Positions 47,399-58,884 of a DNA stretch of 58,884 nt are shown piece after piece. Below the pieces are notes generated by a model, which was not told where the DNA came from, ran no database searches, and saw only the letters and a program-made list of their open reading frames with translations. Position 1 is the first letter of the stretch. Each line of letters begins with the position of its first letter. The position numbers were made by a program, and so were the translations under genes. The DNA comes from a virus, in the IMG/VR virus record IMGVR_UViG_637000270_000013; one strand, 5' to 3'.

Positions 47399-47938
47399 AT
47401 GTCTAACATCAGCAATATTGGCGATGTTTACCAGTGGAGTGTCGCTAAAATTGCTGAGGCATGCCGGCTTGACCGACGGTCTGTAAAAAATCGCCTTCTG
47501 GAAGCCAACATCCCTATCGCCGGTACGGTAAAGGGTAATCCGGTCTATGCACTGCATCAGGTGGTACCCGCGCTCTTTGGTCAGCTGAATACCGGGGACA
47601 CCGCAGCTAATCAGAACTCTGACGACATGACGCCAAAGGAGCGCAAAGATTGGTTTGACTCCGAAAAAGGCCGGATCTGGTTGGAAAAGGAGCAGCGTCA
47701 GCTTATTCCGGTGCATGAGGTGACTGCGGTTTATTCCGCCCTAATGAAAGCATTGGTTCAGGTACTTGAAACCCTTCCAGATGTTCTGGAGCGTGATGCG
47801 GCGTTAACGCCCTCCGCCGTCGCTGTAGTGCAGGATGCTATCGATAAGGCGCGTGAGGGTTTCGGGGAGAATGCCTACACCATGTGCGCTGCCGTTCATA
47901 AACCGCAGGAAGAGCCTGATGAAGAGCAAAATGAGTGA
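47399..47938 (+). CDS. Terminase small subunit (DUF1441-like)
   Basis: WSVAKIAEA and MTPKERKDWFDSE motifs. Confidence 0.85.
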   Translation: MSNISNIGDVYQWSVAKIAEACRLDRRSVKNRLLEANIPIAGTVKGNPVYALHQVVPALFGQLNTGDTAANQNSDDMTPKERKDWFDSEKGRIWLEKEQRQLIPVHEVTAVYSALMKALVQVLETLPDVLERDAALTPSAVAVVQDAIDKAREGFGENAYTMCAAVHKPQEEPDEEQNE

Positions 47939-49995
47939 AAAATATGCTTCAGCGGTAGTGCTGGGACAAGACATCTCCAGTCTTAGCTTTCCTCCACGGA
48001 GGATGCCGGTAGCGGATGCGGTTCGCCAGTATATGCGGGTGCCAATGGGCGCAGGAAACTCATTACCCTGGGAGCCCAACCTGACGCCCTATATTGTTGA
48101 GCCGATGAATTGTCTGGCAAAACGAGAATTCGACGCTGTGGTGTTTGTGGGGCCCGCGCGAACGGGGAAAACGCTCGGCCTGATTGATGGCTGGATAATC
48201 TACAGCATCGTGTGCTATCCGGCAGGTTTGCTTGTGGTGCAGATGACGCAGGAAAAAGCCCAGGAGCATTCTAAAAAGCGTCTGGCCCGAACGTTTCGTG
48301 CCAGTCCCGAAGCGGCACGCCGTTTGAGTCCTCAACGTAATGATAACAATGTGCATGATAAGATTTTTCGTGATGGTTCGGTACTCAAAATAGGCTGGCC
48401 GTCTATCAGTATTTTTTCCTCGTCCGATTATAAACGCGTGGCACTCACCGATTATGACCGCTTCCCCGCCGATATTGATGGCGAAGGGGATGCGTTTTCC
48501 TTGGCTTCCAAGCGAACAACCACCTTCATGTCGGCGGGCATGACGCTTGTCGAAAGCTCGCCGGGACGCGAAATCACCGATGTCAAATGGCACCAGGAGT
48601 TTCCCCACCAAGCCCCGCCCACGACCGGCATTCTGTCGCTCTACAATCGGGGTGATCGGCGGCGCTGGTATTGGCCCTGTCCGCATTGCGGCGAATATTT
48701 CAAGCCCGCCATGGGCACGGTGACCGGCTATCGTGATATCACCGACCCGGTACAGGCGAGCGAGGCGGCACACCTGTGTTGTCCGCATTGCCAGGGACGG
48801 ATTGATGCGACGCAGAAGCGCGAACTGAACAACCGCGGCGTCTGGCTGATTGAAGGTCAGCAGATTGATCGGCATGGCAACCGCTCGGGCATACCCCGAC
48901 GTTCCCGCATTGCCTCCTTCTGGATGGAAGGGCCGGCGGCGGCCTATCAGACCTGGGCGCAGCTGGTCTGCAAACTATTGACCGCTGAGCAGGAGTATGC
49001 ACGGACCGGCAGCGAGGAGACCCTGAAAGCGGTCATCAATACCGACTGGGGACTGCCCTATCTGCCGCGTCGCTCCGAGGTGCAACGGCAAGGCGAGGTA
49101 CTGATGGCACGTGCCGAGCCGCCTGGGCAAACGCGAGGTGCCGGCGGGAGTACGTTTTCTGGTGGCGACCGTGGATGTGCAGGGTGGCCGTCAGAGCCGC
49201 TTTGTGGTGCAGGTCACGGGATACGGTGCGCAGGGGGAACGCTGGGTGATAGACCGCTTCTCGCTCCGTCATGCGCCCCGCGCTGATGAGCAGGGGGAGA
49301 GCCTGCCGATTAACCCGGCGGCCTATGTGGAAGATTGGGCGCTATTACGCACCGATGTGCTGGAGAAAACCTACCCGTTGAGCGCCAGGCCACAGACGCG
49401 CATGGGCATTCTGGCCCTGGCGGTGGACTCTGGCGGTGAAGACGGGGTCACCGACAATGCTTACCATTTTTGGCGGCAATGCCGGCGTGATGGCCTTGGA
49501 CGGCGGGTCTACCTGTTTAAGGGCGACAGCCTGACGCGGGGAAAACTGATTTCCCGCAGTTACCCGGATAACACGGAACGCTCAGAGCGCCGGGCACGGG
49601 CGCGGGGCGATGTGCCATTGTACCTGTTGCAGACCAATGCGCTGAAGGACCGGGTGGCCGCCGCACTGGAGCGCGACACGCCGGGGCCAAACTATGTGCA
49701 TTTCCCCGACTGGCTGCCGGCAACGTTTTATGACGAGTTGACCTATGAAGAGCGCGGGCCGGAGGGCAAATGGACTAAACCGGGGCGCGGCAACAATGAA
49801 GCCTTTGACCTGTTGGTGTATGCCCAGGCGCTGGTGATATTGCACGGCTATGAAGAGATTGACTGGGCTAAACCGCCCGCCTGGGCGCGTTTACTCGATG
49901 AAACGCCGCCGCCCGCGTCGGTCAAGGTCCCTGAAAAAACGGAAGGCGGCGAGCGCCCCTTGAAAACCGAAAAACGGAAAACGCCGTCGGCCTGA
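47931..49995 (+). pseudogene. Lambda gpA-type terminase large subunit, frameshifted near 49120
   Basis: GPARTGKT, ESSPG, WPCPHCG, ATVDVQ and NEAFDL motifs. Confidence 0.92.
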
Positions 49996-50009
49996 AGCGG
50001 CGGGGGAGG

Positions 50010-50228
50010 ATGGCTATGACGCAGGCACGTTTAACGCGACTGCTGGAGAAGTATTACGACGCGGAAGAGGCGGTGCTGATGGGCAAATCCGTGATGATGA
50101 ACGGGCAGTCGATGACCCTGGAAAACCTGAGCGAAATCCGCCGCGGGCGACAGGAAATCGAAAGCCGTCTGGCTCAGCTGGGTGGCAGTGGCACCCGTTC
50201 ACGTTATTCACTGGCGAGGTTTCGATGA
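50010..50228 (+). CDS. gpW-like head-tail joining protein
   Basis: YYDAEEAVLMGKSV...LSEIRRGR; between terL and portal. Confidence 0.75.
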   Translation: MAMTQARLTRLLEKYYDAEEAVLMGKSVMMNGQSMTLENLSEIRRGRQEIESRLAQLGGSGTRSRYSLARFR

Positions 50229-50815
50229 GTGTACTGGATAACCTGATAGGCGCAGTCTGCCGTCTGAAGGGCTCGTCGCCGGCGTGTACGATGATGTGGA
50301 CGCTGCGTAGATGTTGCACCTGAAATTTACCCGCCGTCTGCATCAGGTACGCGGGGTATCGTTGCTCTCTGGTGCGCTGATACGCATCGCTGATTTGAAA
50401 GAGTATGAATAGTCAGAGCGGATAGCGGCACGTATCGCGGCGTCGCTGGGGATGTACGTCGTCAAGGGGGATGCGTTCAACTACGACGATAAGGCGGATG
50501 AAGCCCCGCGGGAGCTGGATATCGAGCCCGGTATGCTGTTTGACGGCCTGCACCCCGGTGAGAAGGTTGGCATGGTGAAATCTGACCGGCCCAATAGCAA
50601 CCTCGAATCGTTTCTTATGGGGCAGTTACGGGCGGTCGCTGCGGGGACGCGGGGCAGTTTTTCCTCGATTGCCCGTAACTATGACGGTACTTACAGCGCC
50701 CAGCGCCAGGAGTTGGTGGAAGCGCAGGAAGGGTACGGCATTTTGCAGGATACCTTTATCGCCCAAGTGACCCGCCCGCTCTACCGTCGCTGGCTGGATG
50801 TGGCGATATCAACAC
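50225..50815 (+). pseudogene. Lambda-family portal remnant
   Basis: QLRAVAAG..FSSIARNYDGTYSAQRQEL; deletions on both sides. Confidence 0.85.
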
Positions 50816-50864
50816 GCTGGCACCGACGCAGATTGAGATTGAGGCGGGGTATTTTAGCCTGGGG

Positions 50865-51836
50865 GTGAGACCCATGACCGGTGGAAAGACCGTTCTGCGC
50901 CCGCAGTATGAGTTCTGGTTTTCGCAAAAGGCCATCGCCGATATCGACGCGGTGACGCGGCAGGTGCAATATCTGGGTACCGGGCCGCTGTGGGTGGTGC
51001 AGGGGCCGCATATCAAGCCCAACCGGACGTTTTATTTTTATGTGCGCAGCGTCAATGTGGTGGGTAAGTCGGCGTTTGTGGAAGCCAGCGGGTTGCCGCA
51101 GGATGATGCGGCCGGTATTCTGGAAGTTATTAAAGACGATATCGTCACCAGTGAGGCGTGGGACGCGCTGTCAGGACAGGTGAACAGCAACACCAGCGGC
51201 ATTATTGAAACGGCCCTGGCGAACAATGCCGATATGCAGCGCTGGCGCAAGGAGAACGGCGAGCGCAAGGCGGAAATCCTCGAGGTGCGCACTACCTTGG
51301 TGGATGAGACGCAGGCGTTTGCCGAGAAGCTGGAGCATGTGTCGGTCAAATTGGGCGAGAACGAAGCGGCCATTAAGACCAAGGCGACGACGGTATTTAA
51401 ACAAAATGGCGATGGTAAGGCTATCCACAGTGTCGAGGCGGGTATTATCCACGATGGACAGTATGATTCGGCGGGCATAGCCATCGGAGCCGAAGTCAAG
51501 GACGGCCAGGTCAAGACGCAGGTGCTGTTCGAGGCAGATCGGCTGGCGCTGCTGAACCGGGCCAACGGTCAGGTGACGGTGCCGTTTGTGGTGCAGAATG
51601 GCCAAGTCTTTATGAATAAAGCGTTTATCAACTACGCGGGGATGACACTGGCCAAGGTGGGGTCATGGTACTCGGCGAATTATGTGCCGGGGCAGTCGGG
51701 GACCATTATGCGCAACGATGGCTCGTTTGAGCTCAATGGCCGACAGCAGGGTGGACGCATGGCCATTAACTCGGATTCGATATCGGTGTATGACGGCGGT
51801 GGAAATCTGAAAGTGCGATTGGGGAAATTAAATTAA
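50865..51836 (+). pseudogene. C-terminal part of host-specificity protein J
   Basis: FYFYVRSVNVVGKSAF, PFVVQNGQVFM and LKVRLGKL motifs. Confidence 0.85.
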
Positions 51837-52833
51837 TGTCCGAATATGGCTTAAGTGTTTTTCATGCTGGCAAGCGTTTAAACCTGTCGCATGCCAGTCC
51901 GCTGACGTTTATCGATAGGATAGAAATGAAAAAAAAGAACGAAGTTCTGGGCAAGAAGTGGAATTTTCATGTGGCCAGCAGCGCATCAGTCGATTACTCA
52001 GACCGTTGTCCGCCCGGTAGCCAGCTGCTTTGCCTGTGTGAAACCGTTTTGGCTGATAGAAACGCCGCTTTCGCCTATACGGTTTTATATCGATATTCAG
52101 GACAGGACGGTAAGACTCCGTAATGAGGTCATACGCAAAGGTGATTTACTCCTTGATAAGCCGGGTAATATTTATGTGTTTGCGCTCTACCCCACGGTTT
52201 CGGCTTTTGATGGTTATGGGATCGGTATCTACGGTGCAGGTGCCTTTCCTTTGGTGGTCGATCCTAGTAAAGGGATGTTCATGACGTATAAGGCGGACAT
52301 CACGTTTACCGGAAACATGAAAATCCCTGTGTCGAGGAATTCACTGGTGTTTTGCCACTACGATGCGGTTGGTGTCGGCGTTGAATATCATCCCGATACG
52401 CAGCAACTCTCCGGTTATCGATACGATGGTGGTGGCGTATCACAGGCAATAGCGATTAGAATGAAAATAGTGGCTTTTGATATAAAAGTACCGACCATGA
52501 GCGATTATGGCATTGCTATTTATGGTCGTGACGGAAAAGTGGCCTTTACGTCGAATGAGGTCCCGATGCTGGTCAGGGGATATGTCAATACGCCACCAGA
52601 GCGCAATGCCACTATTCAACTGGCACCAAGGCCCCATGATACCGGCATTCACATGGGGGATATGGCATAAGGAACGGCGGGGGTATAAAGCCAATGCCGG
52701 GATGAGCTCGGCAGGTATCAAAGGCATGCCCGGTCCCTTTTTGCACGATGCCAATAAACACAGGGATGATGGCACGACGATTATTTATGCCAATAAACCC
52801 TTTCCGGTATTATGGGCATCGGACTATTTTTAG
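51836..52833 (+). pseudogene. Tail-tip accessory protein, frameshifted
   Basis: Repeated YGL/YGI motifs; follows J; three frames. Confidence 0.6.
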
Positions 52834-53493
52834 AATTGATAGCCGACACCGAGATTAAAGCCGCTGGATTTCCAGTCGCCGCTACCCGAGCCTGCCCAGG
52901 CGGCATCAATAACCAGCCCTTTATAAACATTAAATTGCAAACCCAGCGCGTACGCCAGCGAAGTGTTGCTGGATTTTTCGTTTCGGGAAACCTGCTTTGG
53001 CGGAATGCTGGTTTTATCCGTTTCGTATAGGGAATTTTCAACAGAGTGCAGGGCGACGCCGAGCAAACCAAAGGCACTGACCCATTCGTTAGCTCTGAGA
53101 GTCGGTCCAGCCAAGAGGGAGACATAATCGGTTTTGACCCTGTTGCTAAATCGCTTTTCTATTTTATTAGCGTCCTTTTTATTTTTGGCTTTTTCGCCGG
53201 ATAGAAAATGATTGTCCATATCACCGACGGCATAGGTTATCGCCCCCATCACCCCCCAGGTATCGTCAAGCTTGTAGCGATAACGAATAAACATGCCCTG
53301 TGGCTGCTTGTCGCTGTCGGCATGTTGGGCGAAGACGTTACCGGTTGTTTTTAAACGCGACTCATATTCGGTCTTATTGGCGGAGTAGGCCGCTTTGCTT
53401 GGGTCAGAGTTCATCTGGGCGTAGCCGATGGAAAGGGTCTGGTCACCTTTGGCGGCATGGACAACGGATGAAGAGAGGATTGATGTTGCTGCT
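52830..53493 (-). pseudogene. Ail/Lom/PagC-family outer-membrane beta-barrel with 5' end deleted
   Basis: TLSIGYAQ, IRYRY..DDTWGVMGAITY, SLLAGPTLR and FNLGVGYQF motifs; signal peptide truncated. Confidence 0.85.
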
Positions 53494-54502
53494 ACCGGGC
53501 ACAGGTACGGTGGCATTGTATGAAATTGCCAGTATCGTGAGCGACACGTAGCTGCTTCTGGTGTCCGGGCCACCCAAAGCCGTCAAGGAGGTGTCCTACG
53601 CCATCGTGACCTACAACGGTGGCTCGTACGTGGACTTCGGACGTGAGCTGTCCGCCCAGCTTCGCTACTACCAGCGCCAGATGGACGGCTGGCAGCACAT
53701 CATGACCGGCGAGGGTGAAGTGATGCTGGAAGCGCCGGACGGTATGCAGGTCACATTGAACTCGTTTAAAAAGCTGGCGGCGGATGTTGCGGGCAAGGTG
53801 GATAAATCAGAGCTTGACGCTAAGGCTGATAAATCAGCGCTTGATAAAAAAGCTGAACAGACAGCGTTGGAGACTAAAGCGGATAAATCCGCTCTGGGAA
53901 ATTATATTGCCAAAACGGGAGGGAGTCTCACCGGTACGCTGCATTTTAATGGCAAAGGAAAAAGTGGTGGTGAGCAGCGTTCGGCGAGTTTGCAGTATAA
54001 TCCCTATGCCGGCGGGAATATGAGAACTGAGTTCTACAGCACCGACATAATAAATGACCATTTTGAGCATCGTCTGATACTGGCTAAAAGCAATGATTTG
54101 AAGTGGTTCGTTTTTAAGGATGACGGTAGCGCTTATGCCATGCAGGGTCACTGGCAAAATAACTCGGACCGGCGGATAAAAAGCGATATTGAGAAAATAG
54201 AAAATGGCCTTGAAAAGGTCGAAACGCTGACGGGCTATACGTATGTCCTTGCCGAACATCGCCAAGCGGGTGTGATGGCCGATGAGCTGGAAAAGGTCCT
54301 GCCAGAGGCGGTAGGTAATTCGGGTGATTACCATGAGAGTGATGGCACCGTTGTTAAGAATGTGAAATCTGTGGCTTACGGCAGTATCACTGCGTTGCTG
54401 ATTGAAGCAATAAAAGACCTGTCCGCGAAAGTAAAAGCGCAGCAGGCAGAGATAGATGCGCTTAAGGCGTCGATGCCTGTGGCACAGGATGCGACAGAGT
54501 AG
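53494..54502 (+). pseudogene. Tail fibre with C-terminal S74 intramolecular chaperone; 5' end deleted
   Basis: KADKS repeats; NSDRRIKSDI...GVMADELEKVLPEAV; TAG at 53549. Confidence 0.85.
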
Positions 54503-54513
54503 TACGCGGTAAG

Positions 54514-54690
54514 CTATTGGCGCGCCAACTCATCCAGCTCTTGGTCGGAGAGACCGATGGATAGCTTAACAACAGAGCGATCGACACCGTTAGCAAGGAA
54601 CTTTCGTGCAAGTTCTGTGGTCGTTTCTTGGCGACCGAGCAGTATTCCTTTTTCGATGCCCTTGGCTTCAAGCTGTTCAGCGATCGTCAT
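54514..54690 (-). CDS. Intragenic RpnS-like small protein
   Basis: GGAGG RBS, ATG at 54690, open 58-aa ORF. Confidence 0.6.
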   Translation of the reverse strand: MTIAEQLEAKGIEKGILLGRQETTTELARKFLANGVDRSVVKLSIGLSDQELDELARQ

Positions 54691-55345
54691 GGCTTCCTCC
54701 CGATAGCGCGGCGTTTTTTCTGCCAGTGCGCGAATAAACTTTTCCCCTTCAGCGGTATTTCCCGCCTCGACCAGATAGTATAGCAAGCTGCGAAACTGCT
54801 CTTTGGGGTAGGCCCACTGTTCGAGCAATCCGGCCAGTTTGTTAACCAATTCCAGCATATCCCGCGTTCGGATGTGCTTCTGCACCAATTCTAGCAGCGC
54901 TACCCGCCGATGGGACAGTATTTCATCATCCGGCATAGCCGAGATATCGACCAGCGGGAATGCTTACCTGTAGACTGATTCTGCCAGTTCAGGGTCAGCA
55001 AAGCAATCGAGCCATTGTGTGCTGTACGGATAGGGCGACGTGGTGCCATGGTAGAACAGGAGCGGAATGACGACCGGCAACTGGTCATTGCCCTGCTCAA
55101 GATGGCGCTGCATCGCGGCGACCGCATACCGCATCAGGCGAAATGCCATCAGCTTTTCCGGTCGGCTCTGGTGCTCGATTAGGCAGTAGACGTAGCCATC
55201 ATGGCCCGCCGTGGTCTTCATTGAATACAGCATGTTCGAGCACTGGCCCCTGAGGTCGTCTTCGATAAAGCTGCCGGACTCCATTGCCAGGGTGCTGAAA
55301 TCGCAGCGCTCACGCAGATGAGGTGGTAGATGCACTTCCAGAAAG
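54514..55345 (-). pseudogene. Rpn/YhgA-like nuclease, 5'-truncated and frameshifted
   Basis: YCLIEHQS, LPVVIPLLFYHG and MTIAEQL motifs; the expected Asp in SD-hydrophobic-LYS reads SNMLYS. Confidence 0.92.
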
Positions 55346-55352
55346 TCACGAG

Positions 55353-56000
55353 CTACAGCATATCCACATTCTCCCGCTTGCGCACCAGTTGCCGAATGGT
55401 TCGCCTTTCAGCTTCCACCATAGCAGATTGCAGACGTTCAATCACAGCCCATATACGTTCGCATTCTCTGGTAATATGCGGGATGTGGCGGACTTCCATT
55501 GGATGAGGTGAGGGAATGCCTGTGACTTCTCGTAAATTATACCATATGCCATTGCTCCATGCTTGCTTGAAGCGGAAGTTGTGGCTCATGTGCCAAATCA
55601 GACGGGCGAGATTGGAGGCATCGTTAGCGGTGAAAAGTTCGTGGGATTCGGGTTTATAAACGCGATGCTCGTACTTGCCGGTCTTGCGGATTGAGGGAAG
55701 GACTTCACTCGTCACCCATTTGCGAAAGCGATGGGGCAGGGTGTCTTGCTTCACAGCGTAACGGCAGCGTAATACCAAGGTGAACATGCCGGACTCGGAT
55801 ATGATGTTCGCATCTCCCTGACGCCCTAACTTAAAGTTAGACCGTTCATTGCTATCCAGTATTTTCAAGGCTTTAGAGGGGTTTTGAATATCAAGGGCGC
55901 TGTATACATCTACAGCAAAGAACCACGGCTCATCGTTAATGACGACGGTGCGCACCAGGTGATCTTCAAAAGTGAATGGTGTGATAGATAATGCGGTCAT
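55353..56000 (-). CDS. BRO-N antirepressor; 3' end joined to rpn by deletion
   Basis: EPWFFAVDV, ISESGMFTLV and FRKWVTSEVLPSIRKTGKY motifs. Confidence 0.88.
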   Translation of the reverse strand: MTALSITPFTFEDHLVRTVVINDEPWFFAVDVYSALDIQNPSKALKILDSNERSNFKLGRQGDANIISESGMFTLVLRCRYAVKQDTLPHRFRKWVTSEVLPSIRKTGKYEHRVYKPESHELFTANDASNLARLIWHMSHNFRFKQAWSNGIWYNLREVTGIPSPHPMEVRHIPHITRECERIWAVIERLQSAMVEAERRTIRQLVRKRENVDML

Positions 56001-56057
56001 AATGACCTCCAGTGGTTTATAGCGGTACTCGCTATAAACCCGAGGTGACAATCTCAT

Positions 56058-56136
56058 TGGTGGTAGCCCAGACAGGGTTGTCACAACCGGATAAACCAAC
56101 CGGCGAACCTTTCGGTTCCCCCACCTGAGCCACCAT
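56058..56136 (-). ncRNA. C4-type antisense RNA, copy 2
   Basis: Loops GGTTTAT and GTGACAA complementary to ATAAACC and TTGTCAC sites on both sides; same terminator and promoter scaffold as copy 1. Confidence 0.82.
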
Positions 56137-56413
56137 TGATATGTGACTTGGCTGGGGCCAATAAAAAAACACGCTCGCGGCGTGTCTATTGGCGCGGTTT
56201 ATTCATCGGGGTGACAATCCCAGCACCTGAATTTGCATATGCAGAGCGACTATAGCGCATGGGATTTCCTTCGTCAAATGTGGGGCTGAAGTGGCCTAAA
56301 GTGTTAGCGTATTTGCTTCGAGGTTTGACGCAATCGGCTGAAATAAATGAAGATTTTTAAGTTTGTTACGCTACGAAAACAAACTATCTTTTTGATTTTA
56401 TTTGTAATTTTTG

Positions 56414-56440
56414 TCGGTCTGTGCGATCGGGGATTTTTTT
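56414..56440 (+). other. Right att core overlapping a terminator-like 3' arm and U tract
   Basis: TCGGTCTGTGCGATCGG then GATTTTTTTT. Confidence 0.8.
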
Positions 56441-56455
56441 ATTCGCTCGTTGTGG

Positions 56456-57686
56456 TCAATTATTCACTTCGTTAACGGTAAAATCGCGAATATCGAGTTC
56501 AAATGCCTCTGCCAGCGCGCCGAAAGTGGTGTATTGCTTGCCCTGTACGGTCACCATGTACGCCTCTTTGTTATCCGCGTGTTCTTGCACTGTTTCGCCG
56601 GTCAGATCGGCGACGGCATTGAGTAATGACTCTACATCAATGCTTATTTCACGCTTCATGTGTTCGTTATATTCTTTGGGGCTTTGTTGAATAAATATAA
56701 CTTTTAGGTGATTGTCTGCTCAGATCACTACCGTCATTTTAACATCTGTACTCCATGGCAAAGCAAAAGTTTAAAATAACCAACTGGTCCACTTACAACA
56801 AAGCTCTCAAGCAGCGCGAGGCTCTGACGATATAGCTGGATGAGTCGGCAATTGTTGCATGGACGGAAAAAACAACACCTGAACGGCGTGGCCGACCGCT
56901 TCACTACGCAGATATGGCTATCACCACTGTTCTGATTGATGCTGCCGCTAAGATGCCCAGACTACTCGCTGATCAGCAAGCGAGCAAAGACAGTTAAGAT
57001 CAGCATAAAAACGCCGACCCATGGTGAAATCTCACCTCTAGTCATTGACGGAACCGGCCTGAAGGTCTTTGGCGAAGGCGAATGGAAAGTCCGACAGCAT
57101 GGTGCCGACAGACGGAGGGTGTGGCGTAAGCTGCATATGGCCGCATACAGTGTAATGCATGAGATTATCTGTGCTGACTTATCGCTCAGCGGTACGACGG
57201 ATGCTCAGGCCCTACCCGCTCTGATAAACCAGACCCAGCGGAAAATCAGGGAAGCGTCGGCTGATGGCGCTTACGATACCCGCTACTGTCATGATGCTCT
57301 GCTGAGGAAGAAAATAAGGCCTCTTATTCCTCCACGAGGTGGGGCGCAATATTGGCCAGACCGATACCATGAGCGTAACTACGCCGTTGCGAATCAGCGT
57401 CTAAGCGGCAGTAACGATGTATGGAAAAAGCAAGTGGGCTATCATCGACGCTCAGTGGCTGAAACAGCGATATTCCGGTTCAAAACGCTTATGGGCGATC
57501 ATCTAAGTCTGCGTGACTATGATGCGCAGGTAGGTGAGGCAATGGCGATGGTCAAAGTGCTTAACAAAATGACGCTGTTAGGAATGCCGGACAGCATCCG
57601 GATCGCATAACAATCGATCTGCTAGGGGGGGGGCGTAGTCACAAGTTCTGATTTATTCAACAAAGCCATTCTTTGGCGAAAGCTAT
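56456..57686 (-). pseudogene. yodD: yodD interrupted near its 5' end by an IS
   Basis: Removing the IS gives (ATA)AFAKEYNEHMKREISIDV...AFELDIRDF, matching YodD; RBS GGGGAG upstream. Confidence 0.85.
56680..57667 (+). mobile_element. IS5-family IS903-like element, transposase disrupted
   Basis: IRs GGCTTTGTTGAATAAAT; perfect 9-bp target duplication ATTCTTTGG; IDGTGLK, ADGAYD and YHRRSVAETA motifs; TAG at 56833 and an internal deletion. Confidence 0.96.
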
Positions 57687-57949
57687 GATTGTCTCCCCAG
57701 AAGAGTGTGAAAAAGACCCTAATAGTATAGTGGATAAAACGGTTGCCCGAGCAAAGGTGTGACCGGTACCGGTGCTGCTGAAGTTCGCCTTGAGGGCAAA
57801 AAGCACTCTGGAGAACCTGCTTTAATGGGTAGGCAGGCTGCGAAAGCGGGACCTGCCATCCACGAAGGAATGCTTTATTACGATCCTGCTGGCAGCTCAG
57901 GGAAAAGTGCATTTATACTACCCCTAAATGAGTCGTAATGAGGACAGAC

Positions 57950-58156
57950 ATGAAACTGCATAATCGTGTAACAGTTAAAACGGACGGCGGGCCACGTCGG
58001 GAAGGCACTATTCTGGCGGTAGAAGAGTTCAGCGAGGGGGTCATGTATCTGGTTTCGCTTGACGATTATCCGACCGGTATTTGGTTTTTCAATGAACTCA
58101 GTTCACCCGATGGAATATTTGTCGAGCCGGTTGTGGGCGAAACGCAAGCGAAATAA
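57950..58156 (+). CDS. dsrB: DsrB
   Basis: [29 protein letters not shown]; synteny with rcsA. Confidence 0.92.
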   Translation: MKLHNRVTVKTDGGPRREGTILAVEEFSEGVMYLVSLDDYPTGIWFFNELSSPDGIFVEPVVGETQAK

Positions 58157-58251
58157 CCCATTGTATCCGATAGTAAAACAGCGCAGTCGGCAGGAACACC
58201 ACCATTATCAACGTGGTGCCGTGCCGGCGATAAGTAACTTAAGCAGCCATT

Positions 58252-58884
58252 TCAACGCGCATTGACAAAAATGCCCGAGGTAACGGTTTCGGTCAGGCGG
58301 ACCACATGATAAATCACCTGCTTATTATGGGTTTTGATCTTACGTTTGATGTTGCCTTTATGCGACGAAACCGTCTTGGCTTTAATCTGCATACTATCAG
58401 AAATCTGGATCGTATCTTGACCCGACATCCACATGCGTAACATATGAGATTCAGTTTGGCTCAGACGGACCGGGTTAAGGTCAAGACCCGTTAAATGCGC
58501 GTGCTCGGTCATGCGGTTTTTGCAGCATCCCGCAATCAGAGAATTAAGTATGGCAGGCTTAATTGATTTTGAAGTAATAATGAGATTTTTGCGCACGAAC
58601 AAGTAGTCTTCAAAATGGATATTGGTCATTGCCATAAAAATGAAAAAAAGCGTTTCGGGATGAGCCGTAATAACGCGTTTTATTCTACCGGTGGCATCAG
58701 GTTCATTTATAAAGCATTCTTCATTGATAAACACCACAGCCGGCTTTAGCTTATCGCATCGCGCCTGGAGTTGTGCAATGTCATTTACCGTATTGATATT
58801 ACGGCTCTTTACCCCTGTGTCGGTCAAAAAGCCAGTCAGCCCTAGGCGGGTATAACTGCATGAGTCCATAATAATCGTTGCCAT
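58252..58884 (-). CDS. rcsA: RcsA transcriptional co-activator
   Basis: [16 protein letters not shown] and [31 protein letters not shown] motifs. Confidence 0.96.
   Translation of the reverse strand: MATIIMDSCSYTRLGLTGFLTDTGVKSRNINTVNDIAQLQARCDKLKPAVVFINEECFINEPDATGRIKRVITAHPETLFFIFMAMTNIHFEDYLFVRKNLIITSKSIKPAILNSLIAGCCKNRMTEHAHLTGLDLNPVRLSQTESHMLRMWMSGQDTIQISDSMQIKAKTVSSHKGNIKRKIKTHNKQVIYHVVRLTETVTSGIFVNAR

Larger units (their letters stand above)
27780..56430. mobile_element. Prophage 2: defective lambdoid (cos-type) prophage
   Basis: att direct repeat, int/xis, lambda-like gene order; GTTAGCGTATTT arm-like sites at 27899 and 56303. Confidence 0.88.

Overview
Enterobacterial chromosome segment with heavy pseudogenisation, consistent with an insect symbiont such as Sodalis (host identity is inference). 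It is made almost entirely of tandem, decayed prophages that end at the host yodD-dsrB-rcsA locus. (i) 1-1.7 kb: P2-type replication remnant (3'-5' exonuclease, dam, gpA). (ii) About 1.7-27.8 kb, prophage 1: lambda Red-like exo/bet/gam, a group IIC intron, an IS1 copy, cI/cro/ydaT-like immunity region, replication genes, a dead Q, an open RfaH/NusG-like gene at the head of the late operon, a lysis cassette, a pac-type contractile-tail morphogenesis block with two large deletions, a tail fibre plus low-GC acyltransferase/DUF1796-like cassette, and an rpn fragment. (iii) 27780-56430, prophage 2: lambda/P22-like with int, xis, Sak4, N, cI, cro, cII, O, DnaB, nin, Q, pinholin/SAR endolysin, cos, terminase, a portal-to-J deletion, an inverted ail/lom-like gene, an S74 tail fibre, rpn and a BRO antirepressor. 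It is bounded by a 17-bp att core lying in a terminator-like hairpin, next to an orphan tRNA-Ser 3' half. (iv) An IS903-like element inside yodD, then dsrB and rcsA. The strongest leads are the phage RfaH-like late-operon module, the apparent retargeting of a tRNA-type integrase to a terminator hairpin, intact RpnS-like antitoxin ORFs inside dead rpn genes, two C4 antisense switches with different specificity codes, and a 46-bp collapsed IS608-like element. Family assignments come from motif recognition only; no searches were run.
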